Positions 24,323-36,122 of a stretch of 64,000 nucleotides of DNA are shown here, one piece after another. Position 1 is the stretch's first letter, and each line of letters opens with the position of its first letter. The translations under genes and the position numbers were made by a program. This DNA comes from Balanoglossus misakiensis (lineage: Eukaryota; Animalia; Hemichordata): assembly GCA_040954595.2 (NCBI GenBank), contig CM082590.2, forward strand, positions 5,022,001-5,086,000, in the 5' to 3' direction. The notes under the pieces were generated by a model, which was not told the origin of the DNA, ran no database searches, and saw nothing but the letters and a program-made list of their open reading frames with translations.

Positions 24323-26600
24323 AATTACCCTTCGGCTCCCAAGAAAAGGACAAGGACAACTCTTTGGCAGGAAATATAGGAAGTACTTTTTATTTGCAAG
24401 ACTCCACCTTACAGAAATTAAGTAAACAATAAACTCAAGTACAGGGAAAATAAACTCATGTAATAATGTTGGAAGTGGTGGGTGGGTTACAAAAGCAGAG
24501 AGCTCCCAAAACACGCACGCAGCATCTCAGGAAAGAGCTGTGTGTGAACTGCGCATGTGCAACTGGCCGATAGAGGGCTCACTAACCCGATGAGTAATTA
24601 GACATAATGACACACTATTAAACAAATTACCCTTCGGCTCCCAAAAGAAGGGACAATGACAACTCTTTGGCAGGAATTATAGGAAGTACTTTTTATTTGC
24701 AAGACTCCACCTTACAGAAATTAAGTAAACAATAAACTCAAGTACAGGGAAAATAAAGTCATGTAATAATGTTGGGAGTGGTGGGTGGGTTACAAAAGCA
24801 GAGAGCTCCCAAAACACGCACGCAGCATCTCAGGAAAGAGCTGTGTGTGAACTGCGCATGTGCAACTGGCCGATAGAGGGCTCACTAACCTGATGAGTAA
24901 TTAGACATAATGACACATTATTAAACAAATTACCCTTCGGCTCCCAAAAGAAGGGACAATGACAACTCTTTGGCAGGAATTATAGGAAGTACTTTTTATT
25001 TGCAAGACTCCACCTTACAGAAATTAAGTAAACAATAAACTCAAGTACAGGGAAAATAAACTCATGTAATAATGTTGGAAGTGGTGGGTGGGTTACAAAA
25101 GCAGAGAGCTCCCAAAACACGCACGCAGCATCTCGGGAAAGAGCTGTGTGTGAACTGCGCATGTGCAACTGGCCGATAGAGGGCTCACTAACCCGATGAG
25201 TAATTAGACATAATGACACACTATTAAACAAATTACCCTTCGGCTCCCAAAAGAAGGGACAATGACAACTCTTTGGCAGGAATTATAGGAAGTACTTTTT
25301 ATTTGCAAGACTCCACCTTACAGAAATTAAGTAAACAATAAACTCAAGTACAGGGAAAATAAAGTCATGTAATAATGTTGGGAGTGGTGGGTGGGTTACA
25401 AAAGCAGAGAGCTCCCAAAACACGCACGCAGCATCTCGGGAAAGAGCTGTGTGTGAACTGCGCATGTGCAACTGGCCGATAGAGGGCTCACTAACCTGAT
25501 GAGTAATTAGACATAATGACACATTATTAAACAAATTACCCTTCGGCTCCCAAAAGAAGGGACAATGACAACTCTTTGGCAGGAATTATAGGAAGTACTT
25601 TTTATTTGCAAGACTCCACCTTACAGAAATTAAGTAAACAATAAACTCAAGTACAGGGAAAATAAACTCATGTAATAATGTTGGAAGTGGTGGGTGGGTT
25701 ACAAAAGCAGACAGCTCCCAAAACACGCACGCAGCATCTCGGGAAAGAGCTGTGTGTGAACTGCGCATGTGCAACTGGCCGATAGAGGGCTCACTAACCC
25801 GATGAGTAATTAGACATAATGACACATTATTAAACGAATGAGTAATTAGACATAGTGACACATTATTAAACAAATTACCCTTCGGCTCCCAAACGAAGGG
25901 ACAATGACAACTCTTTGGCAGGAATTATAGGAAGTACTTTTTATTTGCAAGACTCCACCTTACAGAAATTAAGTAAACAATAAACTCAAGTACAGGGAAA
26001 ATAAACTCATGTAATAATGTTGGAAGTGGTGGGTGGGTTACAAAAGCAGACAGCTCCCAAAACACGCACGCAGCATCTCGGGAAAGAGCTGTGTGTGAAC
26101 TGCGCATGTGCAACTGGCCGATAGAGGGCTCACTAACCCGATGAGTAATTAGACATAATGACACATTATTAAACGAATGAGTAATTAGACATAGTGACAC
26201 ATTATTAAACAAATTACCCTTCGGCTCCCAAACGAAGGGACAAGGACAACTCTTTGGCAGGAATTATAGGAAGTACTTTTTATTTGCAAGACTCCACCTT
26301 ACAGAAATTAAATAAACAATAAACTTCAGTACAGGGAAAATAAAGTCATGTAATAATGTTGGGAGTGGTGGGTGGGTTACAAAAGCAGAGAGCTCCCAAA
26401 ACACGAACGCAGCATCTCAGGAAAGAGCTGTGTGTGAACTGCGCATGTCCAACTGGCCGATAGAGGGCTCACTAACCCGATGAGTAATTAGACATAATGA
26501 CACATTATTAAACAAATTACCCTTCGGCTCCCAAGAAAAGGACAAAGACAACTCTTTGGCAGGAATTATAGGAAGTACTTTTTATTTGCAAGACTCCACC
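24323..26600 (-). repeat. Tandem array of the Ngaro terminal split direct repeat: 8 B (~86 bp) + 7 A segments, units 302-339 bp
   Basis: aattacccttcggctccc recurs at 24323, 24625, 24928, 25231, 25534, 25873, 26212 and 26515. The array begins and ends with the same short segment, which carries AATAAA on the minus strand, ~330 bp downstream of the YR stop. Confidence 0.9.
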
Positions 26601-26933
26601 AAACGGAAGTACTGGCCAGAGAGTTGTCCAAATTAAAGTTAAAGCAATCAGTAAACTAAATAAATAGAAAAATTATAAAATTGACACGCCAACAAGACCT
26701 GCTGATTTGAAACTAACAACTCTGAAACTGTGACTACAAGTCGTAACATGTCAAATACAGTTAGTATCCAAAGAGGAAAAAACTCCAAACACTGTAAGGG
26801 CGAACTTGTTTTGTCAAGGTATCCCAGTTCACGATTGAAGGTGAGTGATGAGTGGAATGTACCTAAATTCAAACAACACCGCAAATTGAGAAAGTGCCGA
26901 CACGACAAGTGATTCATCGCGAAGACAAATTTA

Positions 26934-27914
26934 CTACTGAGTGGCTAACTGGGCCATCCGCTCTGAAACTGTCAGGCGGGTGGACAAGGGAATTTTAACA
27001 TAACGCTCATAGGCGTCTGAGCGCCAATCCCCGTGGAGTTTGATCAGGTCTGGGGGAACCCCTGCTGCATGGGCCAGGGAGGTTCCACCCCTACGCAAAC
27101 TGTGAGCAGAATAAAGTTGGCTGTCTTTGCCAATGGCTTCCAGTAGTTTGCCAAGAGCCGATGAAAACGATGAAAATGTCAGACTGACAAGCTTCCCGTT
27201 CTGAGGGTAAATGAAGGCTGGCTGATCTTTCGCGGCCGGCACCGAGGAGAGCATGAGTTTAACTGCCGACACAGGGCAAAGGGGGCTGCCAGGCAACGCT
27301 GCTAGCGGAATAAAGAGAGTGCGCTCATGACACTGCAGTGTCTTGGACCAACGCACTGCAAGCATAACGTGCTTATCACTAACTGCAATATCGCGCCTGG
27401 TGAGGTGGCGATTGCGATCAAATGAGTGCTTGGAGGGAGGAACCAAATTCGATTTCCTCAAAAAGGCAAAGAAGCCAATTAAAACAGCGCACCAAACCAT
27501 TAAATGAAACTTGCTGGAAAGATCAATAAATGTTGCCATTTCCTCCAACATGGGAACTGTCAAAGGCAACTTCTGAGAAGGTGTGTGGACACTGCTTTTT
27601 CTGATGCCTGTGAGCGCCAATTTGAAACCCAGGCATTCGAAAGGTTCCAGGCTGTGGCTGGTCAGTATATGAAGTGTCTTCACACCTGCAATATAATTGG
27701 TAACGGATGCAGGACTACTAAACGACCTGCTAAGAAACTGGGCATAAAGCGCCAAAACTGTGGACGTTGTAGGCACCGCTTGTAAACCGTAGTGAAGTGC
27801 AAAACTTATATAGGAGCGGAACTGAATATTTAGGTTCCTGAGCGTACCGGGACGAAAGGCTGCTAGCCGGGAGTTCTTGACATCTTGTCTTAATAACTCC
27901 AGATCTTGCTGCAC
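26934..27914 (-). CDS. Tyrosine recombinase of the Ngaro element
   Basis: Intact 326-aa ORF with FLRKSN (R), WSKT (K), HSLRRGG (H-x-x-R) and HGDWRSDAYERY (W..Y). It starts at GTG. Confidence 0.95.
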   Translation of the reverse strand: MQQDLELLRQDVKNSRLAAFRPGTLRNLNIQFRSYISFALHYGLQAVPTTSTVLALYAQFLSRSFSSPASVTNYIAGVKTLHILTSHSLEPFECLGFKLALTGIRKSSVHTPSQKLPLTVPMLEEMATFIDLSSKFHLMVWCAVLIGFFAFLRKSNLVPPSKHSFDRNRHLTRRDIAVSDKHVMLAVRWSKTLQCHERTLFIPLAALPGSPLCPVSAVKLMLSSVPAAKDQPAFIYPQNGKLVSLTFSSFSSALGKLLEAIGKDSQLYSAHSLRRGGTSLAHAAGVPPDLIKLHGDWRSDAYERYVKIPLSTRLTVSERMAQLATQ

Positions 27915-27941
27915 AGCTGCAAATAAATTAAAATAAGACGT

Positions 27942-29941
27942 TTAGTGAAAACAATGCTTCTGAAGGACGAGTTTCTTCAAGAAGTTTATCTCCTGTGAGT
28001 GAGGCAAAGGTGTCGCGGTACTTGCGGTCCAAATGCCAGCGTGACAAGCAATCGGCAATGCTGTTCTGAGCGCCAGGAAGATAGGCGCGCTTTCAGCTCG
28101 AACTGACGTGTCGCTGCAATAAACCAAAGTTCTCGCGTGGCTGACATGAGAAAGGGGTCGCGACCGCGGCCGGTGTTAAGAACCTGTACCGTGCTGCTGT
28201 TGTCACTGTAGACTAGAATGTGCAGGCCTGTCCATTTGTCACCCCAAAGTCTGGCCGCCACTACGATGGTGAGCATCTCAAGGCAGTGGATAGGCTGTTG
28301 CTGCTGCAAGACAAAATCTGGGAATGGGGCATGGAAATACAGTGAGGCTGAGATTCCACCACATCCTGAAAGGCAAGCATCTGTACAAATAACACTTTTG
28401 GGTGTGGACCAGACCAGTTCCGGAATAATCGAAACGCCGTTATATTGCCTAAGAAAAGAGATCCACCAACTGATATCTTTCTGGAACTGCACGTTTAAGT
28501 AAATGTGATGCCGCGCCGACTGGACAGAACATAGCGTGTCAAGCATGCGGCTAATAAAAAGACGGCCTGCACGAACACAGCTAGAGACAAATGAAAGCTT
28601 GCCGATAAGGACCTGCTGACGTCTAGTGGCCTTTTTCCTGCCTGACCAATGAGCAAGAAGCTCTGAAAGTTCAGTGAGCCTGTCCTCTGTGACTTCTAAC
28701 GTCATGGTTACTGTGTTGACTTGCACACCTAAAAACGAGAGGCAAGTTGTGGGGGTTACAGCTTTACCAAAGGCTTCCTGTAGACCTAATTCAGAGAGAA
28801 GAGACCGCAAAGCTAAAAAGGCGGACTGGGCCCGTATAGGGGTGACTGCGCCGCAAAAGTCATCCAAAAAATTGACTGCGCGAAAACCCAGATTATGGTA
28901 CATGGCAATCACGGTGTTCGTGGTGGCCTGACATGCAAGCGCCGCGGAGCGCAAACCGAATGGCAAACGGAGATCAATAAAGAGCGAATCTCGCCATGTA
29001 TAACCCAACAGGTGAAAGTCGTGGGCATCCACTGGCAATTGTCTGTAAGCCCTACTCAAGTCTAGTTTAAACAAGTGACACCCGGGGCCCAAATCTCTGA
29101 TAATCGCGACCAGCGAGTCAATATTGGGGTAGCGGAGCTGGAAAGGCTGCTGCAGGAAGGTCAATGCTGAAATACCTGCATTGACAGAACTAGAGATGGG
29201 AAAACTGAGATCCATTATAATACGCCTATCCGGAGACCCCTTCTTCGGTACTGAGGCGAGCGGGGAAGTAGCCACTGGCATAGTATGTTGGTTAGATGCA
29301 AATGGTCCAGCGGTGGCCTCTAGACTAACTTCAGTGCTAACGAAGGCATCAACATGGTGAGCAAATTGCAAGGCGGATCTATGGTTGCGCCTGCTAGAAA
29401 GTGGCAAGCAACTACCAGTGATATTGATGGGCCAGCCAAATTCAAGAAAGTCAACTATAACGCCACTGTGCCTGTCAGGAAGTCTGGCTCGCCATGCTGG
29501 AATGTTTAGTGCAGTTGGAACAGGGATACGCACTCCGGCAAAGTTTGGTTTTCCGGAAGTGAAAACTGTCATGTGCGCTTGTAGCACCCACTCGTGTGAA
29601 ACTGGCGAACATGGGGGCCAATCAGTCGTGTGTGGGAGGACCCAGGCTGGAATAACTGGAAAAAGTGGAGTGTCAACAACGGTGGGTACTAAAAATTCCT
29701 GGTACTTGAAGGTCTTGGTACCTGATAAAGCCTGTGCTAGAACATGATGCGAGAGGGCACAGTCGAAAAGTACAGAACTGTCGCAATAAAAATTGTGAGC
29801 ATCAAAAGCTACACCATTTATAAAGTTTGAAAGGTCAGGTGAAAAACCTACATAACAACAAGGCTGATCAGGTATGCTGTTACATGAGTCAGATTCTGCT
29901 AAATCTTGGAAAATTCCCTCTCCCCCAGTGCTACTTGTCAT
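27942..29941 (-). CDS. DIRS/Ngaro reverse transcriptase-RNase H, frameshifted near 28088
   Basis: RRIIMDLS, KLDLSRAYRQ, LPFGLRSA, FLDDF, TDAC, IHCLEM and YSDN are present. The last RNase H motif LPGAQNSIADCLSRW lies in another frame. Confidence 0.92.
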
Positions 29942-30304
29942 TCCCTGGGGTTTTTTGGTGTTTTGTCCCTGAAATCTTTATCGTTAAAGGGGCAATCTGT
30001 GGAAGCATGCCGTGTTTCCTGTTGCCTAAAGCGCAAACAGGCGGAGCAGACCTACTTTTCCAATGTGCCCTCCACTACATGATCGGAGATTTGGCTACAT
30101 TTGTGATCTTGAAAGGCAGAGCAATAGCGAGAGCGGCGGTTTTTCTTAGCGCTAGGCTTAACTGGTTGATCCACACTAATTTAGGGAGGGTTTTAGACGA
30201 ATCTGGTATGCAGGTTGTCAAAATCGTCGCCCACTCCAACAATCCCTGCTCAAGGTATTGTACAATTATTGAGTGGTATTTACGAACCCTCTCCCAAGAA
30301 TACA
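29938..30304 (-). pseudogene. Ngaro gag, 3' part with Cys/His zinc-finger region
   Basis: YSWERVRKYHSIIVQYLEQGLLEW continues from GAQL on the far side of the LINE. After a frameshift it reads YCSAFQDHKC...DH...*VCSAC...H...DC...PKNPRE*. Confidence 0.8.
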
Positions 30305-32200
30305 GCTATGTTCGCACAAAACTTAAAGCAAAATCCGATGCCTTTAAGGCGAATGATGCTGATAGATATAAACAGTCACGCTATGATCTAAATAAAGCAA
30401 TCCAATCATCGAAACGACGTTACCGCGAAAAACTTGAAAACCAGTTCGAAGAAAATGACTCGCGGCGCTTATGGAAAGGACTAGAAGCAGTTACATCATA
30501 CAAAGTTAAAAACAATACGATCGTCGACAGCGATGGTGATCTCCCTGACCGCTTAAACGATTTCTACGCTCGCTTTGACAAAAAGAACTTGGCTCCCCCG
30601 TTACGCATTGATACAGGCAATGACGACGCGCCCTTTACGATCCTCGAATCTGATGTACAGAAATGTTTCTCTCGTGTAAATGTACACAAAGCTGCAGGTC
30701 CGGACAGTATCCCGTCTCGTGCCCTTCGCCTATGCGCTGAGCAGTTGTCGGGTGTATTTACGGACATATTTAATACATCACTCTCTCAGTGTGTGGTGCC
30801 AACTTGCTTCAAGAAATCTACAATAATTCCCGTACCGAAGAAATCTTCAGTCAAGTGCCTGAATGATTATAGACCAGTTGCGCTTACGTCTGTCATCATG
30901 AAATGCTTCGAACGATTAATCCTTCACCATATCAAGTCTATAGTTCCAAAAACTCTCGATCCATATCAGTTTGCATATCGTTCTAATCGATCTGTCGAAG
31001 ATGCCGTATCTTCTGCACTCCACGCAGTATTATCTCATCTGGATAATCGCAATTGTTATGCTCGTATGCTCTTTGTCGATTTCAGCTCTGCATTTAATAC
31101 AATTATTCCTTCCAAGCTTGTCATAAAGTTAGCTGACCTCAGTATTAGTACTTCCATGTGCAAGTGGATTTTAAATTTTCTTAGTAATAGGCCACAGATT
31201 GTTAAAATTAATAACCACCTTTCTTCGTCAATAGTCCTCAATACAGGAGCTCCTCAGGGATGTGTTTTAAGCCCTTTGTTATACTCTCTTTTTACATATG
31301 ATTGCACTCCTTTGTATGCCAATAATTTTATTGTTAAATTTGCTGATGACACAACTGTCATAGGCTTAATTACTGATAATGATGAGTCTGCATATAGAAG
31401 TGAAACTGTAAATTTAATCAATTGGTGCAATGCAAATAATCTTGAACTCAATGTAAACAAAACCAAGGAAATCATTATAGATTTTAGAAGAGTACACTTT
31501 ACCCATACGCCGATTACCATAAATGGGACTGCAGTTGAAATCGTCACTGTTTTTAAGTTTCTTGGTGTTTACCTTTCAAATCGCTTGTCATGGGAGGAAA
31601 ATATAGATCATCTGGTAAAGAAAGCACAGCAGCGTCTCTACTTTCTCAGACGCTTAAAGAAATTTGGTATGAATAGTTCTATTCTGGTAAATTTCTATCG
31701 TACTGTAATAGAAAGTATTTTAACATATGGCATCCTTATCTGGTTTAATAACATCACTAAGGACGAATTGAATGCTCTTGAACGTGTTATACGGGTAGCA
31801 CAAACAATCATTGGGGTAAAATTGCCATCTCTACAATCAATCTATTATTCTAGATCTATTCGCAAAGCCAAGGCTATAATTAATGACTCGAGCCATCCTG
31901 CTTACAATCTTTTTACGCTGCTACCCTCTGGAAGGCGTTATCGCAGTATGAAAACGAGAACAGCTCGTTTTAACAATAGTTTTTATCCATCGGCAGTACG
32001 TATTTTAAACCAATCTTATTTTTGAGTGACATTGTTTCAAGTTTTCCTTTTATTCTAATTTTTTAACATTTTAGTATGTGTAATTTTAACGTGTATGTCC
32101 TGTTCTTCTTGTCTTTTATGAGCGCATGTGGAAAGGCAATTTCCAATGCTCTATATGCATATGGCAATAAATTATATTATTATTATTATTATATTATTAT
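30305..32200 (+). mobile_element. 5'-truncated Rex1/Babar-clade LINE with an uninterrupted RT to the stop at 32025 and a (TAT)n tail
   Basis: KAAGPD, NDYRPVALTS, DPYQFAYRSNRSVEDA, VDFSSAFNTI, PQGCVLSP, FADD and LLPSGRRYRS are present. TACA flanks both ends (30301-30304, 32201-32204). Confidence 0.9.
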
Positions 32201-32610
32201 TACAACTGAGCGCCAGTGACAATGTTTTGCAAGTGTGCTAAACGATTCACAGTGGAAGCATTATTTAAACTCATCCCTAATATGATCTCCAGTTCACCCG
32301 ATACCAGCTGTGGTAAAGTCAATTCATCATAAGTAATTGCCTCTGGTTTTTGCGAGTTGGGGTCTCGGATGTATTCGTGTGGCCATGGTATGTACATGAG
32401 AACCCTGTCTGTTGGTTTCCTCTTGGCGCCACTTTTTATTCTTTTACCTTTTGTCCTGGTGGTAGTCGATGGCTGGAGAAGCCTGTTCCTCGTCCTCGTG
32501 CGCGGAGCGTTCCGTTTCTCTTCTTGTTTCTTCCCGTCGCCATGTCTGCTGTCTGCATCGTCGCTGGAGAAGGTTTCGCCCGATGATTCTGAAGAACTGA
32601 GAGAAGTGTC
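32201..32610 (-). pseudogene. Ngaro gag, middle part
   Basis: IKSG...WPHEYI...ITYDELTLPQLVSGELEII is typical of DIRS/Ngaro gag. It joins in frame to the 30304 fragment. Confidence 0.8.
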
Positions 32611-33727
32611 TGTAATATTCAGGCTACTACAGTGATGGCGGAGAGAACACACTTTATTACTAAGTGTACTGCGCATGCGTATAGATGACGTCATGCACAT
32701 AAACAACATCCCATTATGTTACATCTCCCTTTTTTCAGCGGAAAGTCATCAACAACAATAACAACAAAACAAGTGAACAAATCATCATAGTCATTGTCCT
32801 TCAAATATCTGGCAGACTTCTTCAGTACTTCAACAACAAATCTGTTCTGAGTTCGAATGTTCATCGAATGTTCAAGTGTTCAGAATGTTTAATTCAAAAC
32901 TGTTTTTTTTTCTCAATAAACATGTTTCGTTTGGTGTGTGCATATGTATTTCAACAAACTCCGAAATCAGTTCTTTCCACATTAAGTGTGTACATAGTCC
33001 TGGAATCTTACTGGTCTTATCACAACGCGTCCTCTGGAAGTGGTTTTCACTGACTGGTTGCCTGTGGCATCTGCTTGAGTCATACTGCTACAAACCGAGT
33101 TAGGATTGGTTACCATCATCTCTTTGAGAGGTTTTACATCTGGTGTAGTTTCTTCAACAGCAGGTGGCTGACAATGCTTTACAAGCAGGTGGTCGTCAGC
33201 GACATCTGGAACAACTGGCATTTCTTTTGTTTTCCTCAGGTTACGGCGGTTTCTACGGTAGATGTGTCCACCTGACTCGACAATATATGATCGTGGTGTA
33301 TTTGCTCTGGACTGTACAACTGCTGGTTTCCATCCTTTGGGTGTCTTCATCCTCACAAACTCATCGTTTGATAAACTGGGCAGATCTTTGGCATGCTGGT
33401 CATGATAGTATTTCTGTCTTTGTTTCAATGTTTCCAGGCTTGGCTTTACATTCTCAACTTGTTTGGGCTTCAGCAAAATCTCGCTGGTTGGAAGGAGTGT
33501 TTTTGGTTCTCCTACCCATGAGTCTCTGCCCAGGTGATCCCAACTGACTGTCACGTGGTGTGTTTCTATGATCCAGCAGAGCTAAATATGGATCCTTGTT
33601 ATTCCGCTTGGCTTTCTTCATAAGCGATTTAGCACTTTTGACTGCATTTTCTGCCATGCCATTAGATTTGGGGTATCTTGGACTTGATGTGACGTGTTCA
33701 AATCCATAGGCAGCTGCAAACTTGACA
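32611..33727 (-). mobile_element. 3' remnant of a Gypsy LTR retrotransposon: integrase C-terminus, PPT and 113-bp 3' LTR
   Basis: SSPRYPKSNGMAE, LALLDHRNTP, SPGQRLMGR and PRSY..RRNRRNLR are present, with a frameshift at ~33505. PPT AAAAAAGGGAGA (32724-32735) is followed by LTR TGTAACA...TATTACA (32723-32611), which contains AATAAA. Confidence 0.9.
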
Positions 33728-34290
33728 TGTATATTTTTGAGCTGAACAATAAACTTGTTTAATACTTTACTTGCCAAAATAAAACAACTCGTGAGTGACT
33801 TGGTCAGTTGTCATGGTTCAGTATGTAAAAATAGAAATAATAAATTTTATGGGTACGTACCCATACAATGTGACGTCACTTGCGCAGTAAGTTGTTGTTA
33901 GAGTAAACAAAAGATCACGTGATTGTGACGTTACAGTTTCCGTGTAGTAGCGGCGGTTCATTCAAACATGTTCCTTACCATCGGACTGTTTCTATGGAGC
34001 CTTATATCGTTATATGGGCAATTCGTTTCGTGTTAAAGATTTGTTTATCGATATTTATTTCACAAAGAAAAAATATACCCAAAATGGTATTTGTCATCAA
34101 CTGGGCAAGTAATCTAAAAAACATATATATATCGAAGATATCTCCATTTGAATTTCAATTTTTCATGGCAACATCTCCCGAAAAATACCGACCTCACTTC
34201 AGGTATTTGTGGATGCAGCGTTATTTGCATTGTATGTATTACCCTTGTTTGAAAAGTTCCCTTTTATGAGATCTGACTATCACTATAATT

Positions 34291-35702
34291 CAGGGCTCGA
34301 AATTCGCGGTAGCCCCGCGTCCACAGACTACCAATGTTTGCGATCGGGCTACCAATTTGACACCAGTGGTAGCCCGATTGGGCTACCATGCGTGCGACAA
34401 CCAGCAGTGTTTTCTCGATCTCCAGGACGCGCGATTCCCCCTCTTTTACACTTGAATCGCCCCTTGTAACAAGTTCAAGGGGCGACAATCGCCCCTTCGT
34501 GAGCAGCCCACCCGGCCAGTACATGCGCGTCCAAGCCTCAATAGCACGCACAGTCAGTCAAAACACTGGGAAAACGGCCGATATTACTGCGTGCTGGCCT
34601 ATACATTTTAACTTCCCACCCCCCAAAACTATGTTGTAGATGACTTTCACATTCATTCACGTGTAATTTAGCTCCAGGGCTATAGTGTGCAATTGTTGGA
34701 ACAGCCTATCTGGACACCGTCTAAATTTAGAGCAAACACTCTGCACTCAAGTGATGGCTGAACGTAACAATTTTATGCAAATTAAAAGAACTGCGTTCAT
34801 CTCAGTTTTCCATGACCTTGTTTGGAAGGAAAGTCATTCAATATGTACAGAGACTGTCCATTTGAGTAGTGTGCTTAGCCACAGATGGGAAGTGTTGGCA
34901 GAAATCTGAAGGAATATATACTACTTCAATTTATTTCACTATAATAATGGTTTCAAAATCTATTATTTTGGCAGCTAAAAAAACTGAAACTTTTAAAATC
35001 AAACAAGAATTTTTTTACAAGGTATAGTATTAAAGAAAGACACTATTGTTTTTGCAGTTGCATTTATTTTATTCGTTTCACTCTCCTTGCCAGGGGAGCA
35101 GTTAGTCACTCTCCTACCACTTGTGTAATTAATTTCAGGAGAGTTATTTTCAGCTCTCCAGGCTTTTTTTAAATTACATGCCCTGAAAGTTATGCAAGTT
35201 GGTGTCTTCCTCTGCAAAACCTACTAATTTTAAGAAGAAAAAACTGTAACTGTTAATTTGTTGTCAAGTTCACATGTAAAATGTTGTAATTTACTAATAC
35301 TGTTTTTAATATGGAATGAAGGCAGTTAGTAAGTTAACGTTCAAAATTGTCATTCGTGACATTTACTTCGACCAAATCCCCCTTAATTTTGGACTAAGGG
35401 GGGACATTCCCCCTTCTCTCAACATCCTGGAGAAAACACTGGGTTCAACCGGCCGCGGACTCGTGTGCATTTTGACACGTGTCAATCAACAATATAATTG
35501 TTCACCATAGCAGTATGTATATTAAAAATTTACCAACGTTCTCAAACAGATATAGACCTACTACCGTACTTGTAGCAGTATACAATGTACATTGATTTAT
35601 CATTGTATTATGTGGACTACCAGCTATTGCTCTTGGGCTACCAACTTTAGAAAATGGTAGCCCACTGAGGCTACCAAGAAAAAAAACGAATTTCGAGCCC
35701 TG
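34291..35702. mobile_element. Non-autonomous hAT-type DNA transposon
   Basis: TIR CAGGGCTCGAAATTCG...CGAATTTCGAGCCCTG, an 8-bp TSD with a 7/8 match (ctataatt/ctataata), and subterminal ggtagccc/gggctacc motifs. Confidence 0.88.
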
Positions 35703-35864
35703 CTATAATAGACACAATGCTGGCTATCAACCGGAAATTATTAATATATGTAAATTCAACATGGCGTCACTTCCTCATTTCATTCGTTCGGGCAGCCCAT
35801 TGATATCTGTGAATTAGGAGGGGAAAAATTGTGAAAATTATTTCAAACATCAAAAATGAGTTAA

Positions 35865-35949
35865 AGGGACAAGGTGATAAAGGGATATACGGGGTCTTGT
35901 ATCAAACATAATTAATGGAAAAGGACAGTGAGAGAGAGACTTTGTCCCT
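35865..35949. mobile_element. Internally deleted copy of the AGGGACAAAGTC MITE
   Basis: ttaa|agggacaa...ttgtccct|ttaa. Confidence 0.7.
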
Positions 35950-36039
35950 TTAAAATTGTGAATGACCACAATCAAAATACACTGTTTCAAATCAACGACG
36001 TGTTATAGCACTTACTCTAAAGGCTGGATACCTGAATGT

Positions 36040-36122
36040 CTACTTCAAAATGCACAAGAAGGCGGTTGCGATGGTGATAAAGAATACAATCAGGGATGTG
36101 ACTGTCATGTGTCCGGCAGAAC
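36040..36122 (-). CDS. Last exon of a surface-protein gene: GPI-signal-like hydrophobic tail
   Basis: ttttctccag acceptor, phase 1, translating to (G)SAGHMTVTSLIVFFITIATAFLCILK*. Confidence 0.8.

Larger units (their letters stand above)
24323..32610 (-). mobile_element. Ngaro-type (DIRS order) tyrosine-recombinase retrotransposon, 5' end missing, interrupted by a LINE
   Basis: Order gag, RT/RNase H, YR, split direct repeats. No methyltransferase domain and no inverted termini were seen. Confidence 0.85.

Noticed and set aside
24323-26600. CRISPR-like array or repeated small ORFs (MFNNVSLCLITH...)
   Set aside because: The units are near-identical throughout with no unique spacers, no cas genes are present and the context is eukaryotic. 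The ORFs are by-products of the retroelement terminal repeat.
27504-29747. Plus-strand ORFs overlapping the YR and RT (also 48306-51334 and 62664-63887)
   Set aside because: These are antisense shadow ORFs of real coding regions, with no recognisable motifs.
26934-29941. Prokaryotic retron, DGR or integron-like RT plus integrase system
   Set aside because: RT-RNase H plus YR with gag and split direct repeats is the established DIRS/Ngaro architecture, and it is embedded in intron-containing animal DNA.
29827-30304. N-terminal ~160 aa of the 732-aa RT ORF as a novel domain fused to RT
   Set aside because: This stretch is the antisense strand of Ngaro gag/pol, fortuitously open and in frame with the 5'-truncated LINE starting at ~30305.
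32611-32709. N-terminus of ORF 32200-32709 as the gag start
   Set aside because: These codons come from the inserted Gypsy LTR. The real gag 5' part is absent.
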